Positions 61,166 through 64,000 of a DNA stretch of 64,000 nucleotides are shown piece by piece; within the stretch, counting starts at the first letter, position 1, and each line of letters starts with the position of its first letter. Both the position numbers and the translations under genes were made by a program. Source of the DNA: Hypanus sabinus (taxonomy: Eukaryota); contig NC_082718.1 in NCBI RefSeq assembly GCF_030144855.1, positions 90,210,001 through 90,274,000 on the forward strand. The letters run 5' to 3'. The notes below the pieces were generated by a model. The model saw nothing but the letters and a program-made list of their open reading frames with translations. It was not told where the DNA came from and ran no database searches.

Positions 61166-62181
61166 CTTATTATTAGCAATGTTTACGTCATTATTTTTTA
61201 AAATCTTTTACATAGTGGTATTTAAATATGAATTTGTTAAATTGCATTTTTTTAATTTTGGGAATAATTAATGTTATAACATTGAATTTAATATCATTAT
61301 GTACATAAATATTTCTGCCACGTTTTCCAATACCAGTCAAGGAAGGTGCATCCATTAACCATCAGATGTTTTTGGTGTGATTAGTGTCATTTCTGGAGTT
61401 AGATTGTGCACCCATCAGAGCTATATCTCAAGTAATGCTAATTAATCAGTCAATATTGGGATTAGTAAAGTGACTACTTGTAGGGGCAGTTTTACTGAAT
61501 AATCATGCAGATATTCTTTTGGATTTTATATATGTTGTGTTTTAGAGGTTTTTTAATGATCTTGAAATGGGAGTTAGGGTCATATTCAAAATTGGCAGTT
61601 TGATCTTGGTCTGGCATCTAAAATGAAGGTATTGAGTGAACTTGGTGAACTCTTATTTTTATTCTTTTGGACCACATCCAAGATGATTTGCTGTCAATCG
61701 TAAGCAATCATGCATTTACTTTCCTGAAAGCTAACGTGATAATTGATTTTAGAAGGATGGCAGTAATCTTTCAGCCTGTCCAGCTCCACTAGTTGTCATC
61801 AGGGATTATGCGTTTCAGACTATGGACATGTTACCTTTGTGGGTAGTTAAATGTCCAGAGAGGTCCATATCGATGGAAAAACATACTTAGCATTTGATGC
61901 ACTTTTGAACACCCTGAAAAGGAGTGTTATCAATCCACAGACAAAGTTGAAACTGCTCACTGTACAAAAAGATACTTTGTTTATTAGGCAGTCCTGCATT
62001 TTCAGTTGTGAAAATTGGATAATGCTTGTCCTATTAAGAAGCAACCAATTTCAATTATGCTGTTTGTCAAATCAAGATTCTTGGTGTTGAAATTCTTCAG
62101 CCTGACTTGGCAACTTTAAATGCTGTCACTGTAAGTTCATGGGGTGCAGTTATCTGATGAAGAAAATGTTTGGCACGTACA

Positions 62182-63147
62182 CGTAACCCTGTAAAAGTAT
62201 CAGCAACAATAAAACACACGGAGTCTGGTTTTACTGTTAACAAAACAGTACTTTATTAGTAACTACGTCATACAGTAACTTAAACCAGGTAAATCAAGAG
62301 TTAATGGTGTTATGCATATATAGGTGTAAATAAAGTTCCCAAACTTATTCAAACTTGGGTGGCAAGAGTTACGGTCTTGGTATGGTATGTAAGAAAAGTT
62401 CAGTTCAAATGCACAGGTTAATTAGTGCAAGATGTTTGTAATCCAAAGGCGAATGTTGTGAGAAGGCAATTATGTCAATATTCCACAGATTCCACAACTG
62501 CAATACAAAATAACAATAGCAGTAGGTTTTATCCGAAGTTGTTCCACTCCACATGTGAAGCATCACCAACAGTGATCTTCAATGAATATCCTTTCAAACA
62601 CAAGTGGTACTACACCTGAATTCAGCTATGGAACATCTGAAAGTGGTGGCCACAGGATACTCAAACAGAATCCATTTATGGATTATAACCAACAGTAGCT
62701 TATCACAAAGGGGACCTCCACCCAGGCAAGGGTCGACACACCAGTAGATTCCACAAGGTTACCCCAAACACACAATGTGATAGCCACTTATCCAGTTCCA
62801 TGACATACGAAATAACTCCAACAGTGATCTGCCACGGGGGTGCCTTTCTTCAGTGAACTACCACACCCAAAGGGTAAACACTCACGTGGTATTCACAAAG
62901 ATTTTCCCCTCCCCAGAGAACCCACTCCTGTGGATTAACTAAGTGACAATCACACTTTTGTATTTGATTGGAAACAAACTCACCCTAAAAACGGGCTACT
63001 TATGAGAGTCATTTATCAATACTCTGGATTGATCTCAACTCACCCCTTTTGGGCTACTGAAAGTTTAAACCAGTGACTGTTTCACTGGTGTTTTCCATTG
63101 ACCGAATCCATCTTGGCTCTAACTGTGTGTGTCTGTGTGTCCTTGTA
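62182..63147 (-). mobile_element. Probable LTR-type repeat, cut by the Tigger insertion
   Basis: Layout like 18237-19066 (tactttattagtaa near the left end, i.e. minus-strand AATAAA); internal degenerate repeats (gattccacaa at about 62488 and 62747; acagtgatct at about 62568 and 62821). Second terminus not in window. Confidence 0.45.
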
Positions 63148-64000
63148 CAATCTATCCTCGTTATATGTGGGGAATACATTCCTCGCAGTTGACACATAAT
63201 GTGAATAATTATTTAAATAGAGAAAATAGGGATGCGTTCCAGAGGGCTTCCTAAATATATTTTAGCTGTAATTTATTCACATTTTCATACCAATACGATG
63301 CAAAAGCAGTACTGCAATGCAACATTTGTATTAAATTTCATCAATTTAAGGTAATATTCAATGTAATAAATCATAGAAAGTTAACATACTGGGGTGTACA
63401 GTACTCACCAACAGTGGCAGGTGTGTTCGCTCCGGGAGGTGAGTGGTTGTTGTGGTGTCGGGTGGCTTTACATGGATAAGGTGGATGTTGTGGGTCGTCG
63501 GGATCATCAAGCACAGCAAGGGGTGAAGGAAGACTCACAGAATTCTTAGAACTGCCGGCAGCAGGAGATGACACCGGTTTGAAGAAAGTGATGAGGGTTG
63601 TTTGCTTGGGAGCATTTTGTTTTTCAGCATAAATTTGCTTGTAGGGAAGAAGGGCTGACGGCAGGGAACGACAGAAATGCTGACTCCGTTCAGAACTTGG
63701 GTCTGTGTCCACTGCCATTTGTGCCAAGTGTTCCGACTTCCACCATTCCTTCACTGTTGGTAAACTCCTGGGATTTTCAAAATCGTCTGTTGCTTGCAGC
63801 ATCTGAGAGATAGTTGCCGTAAAAAAAATGCCTTGAATGTGCATCACGCCTTGGTCGAATGGCAATGTTGTGTTAGGCGGCAGGAAACGCACTATTATGT
63901 TAGGGTGAATGCTGTCAAAATGTTTAGGATGGGCTGGCACATTGTCAAACAACAAAGGAACTTTAAAGGCAAGATCCTGTTCCTGGCAGTAACATCCCAG
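63148..64000 (-). mobile_element. Tigger/pogo DNA transposon with DDE transposase remnant (runs off window)
   Basis: ORF 63371-63955: LFDNVPAHP...VRFLPPNTT-LPFDQGV (pogo DDE motifs), C-terminal KQTTLITFFKP; element end follows TA at 63146-63147. Confidence 0.85.

Noticed and set aside
62400-63000. Degenerate short repeats suggesting a CRISPR-like array
   Set aside because: Irregular spacing, low identity and vertebrate context; better explained as internal LTR repeats.
59951-64000. Search for the VPS29 AGHR micro-exon or LVLVLGD exon
   Set aside because: No matching exon with splice signals found by eye; presumed to lie beyond the window.

Overview
Vertebrate genomic DNA, not prokaryotic. 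It is intron- and transposon-rich, and the repeat repertoire (CR1/HER1-type LINEs, V-SINE/HE1-like and DeuSINE-like SINEs, Rex/Babar-like and Penelope-like elements) suggests a cartilaginous fish, probably a ray (inference). Two complete spliced genes were reconstructed by hand with GT-AG introns and consistent phases: PPTC7 (+ strand, 6 coding exons, 838-27162, 297 aa) and RAD9B (- strand, 11 coding exons, 55393-33113, 432 aa), arranged tail-to-tail. Two more genes probably start at CpG-rich patches: a signal-peptide ORF running off the left edge (likely TCTN1) and an ATG-only first exon at 59942 (likely VPS29). This matches the known vertebrate order TCTN1-PPTC7-RAD9B-VPS29. The most striking non-genic signal is a set of dispersed Penelope-like element tails carrying minimal type-I hammerhead ribozyme motifs (CAGTC-CTGATGA-stem II-GAAA-[C/T]GT[C/T]-GACTG). 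These include one copy with an intact core, a second divergent family with a different stem I, and palindromic head-to-head arrangements. Also present: solo LTRs with TSDs, a composite double-hairpin Tc1-type element, hAT mini-MITEs, and Tigger/pogo elements, one with a PIP box. Repeat boundaries without stated TSDs are approximate, and family names come from recognition, not database searches.
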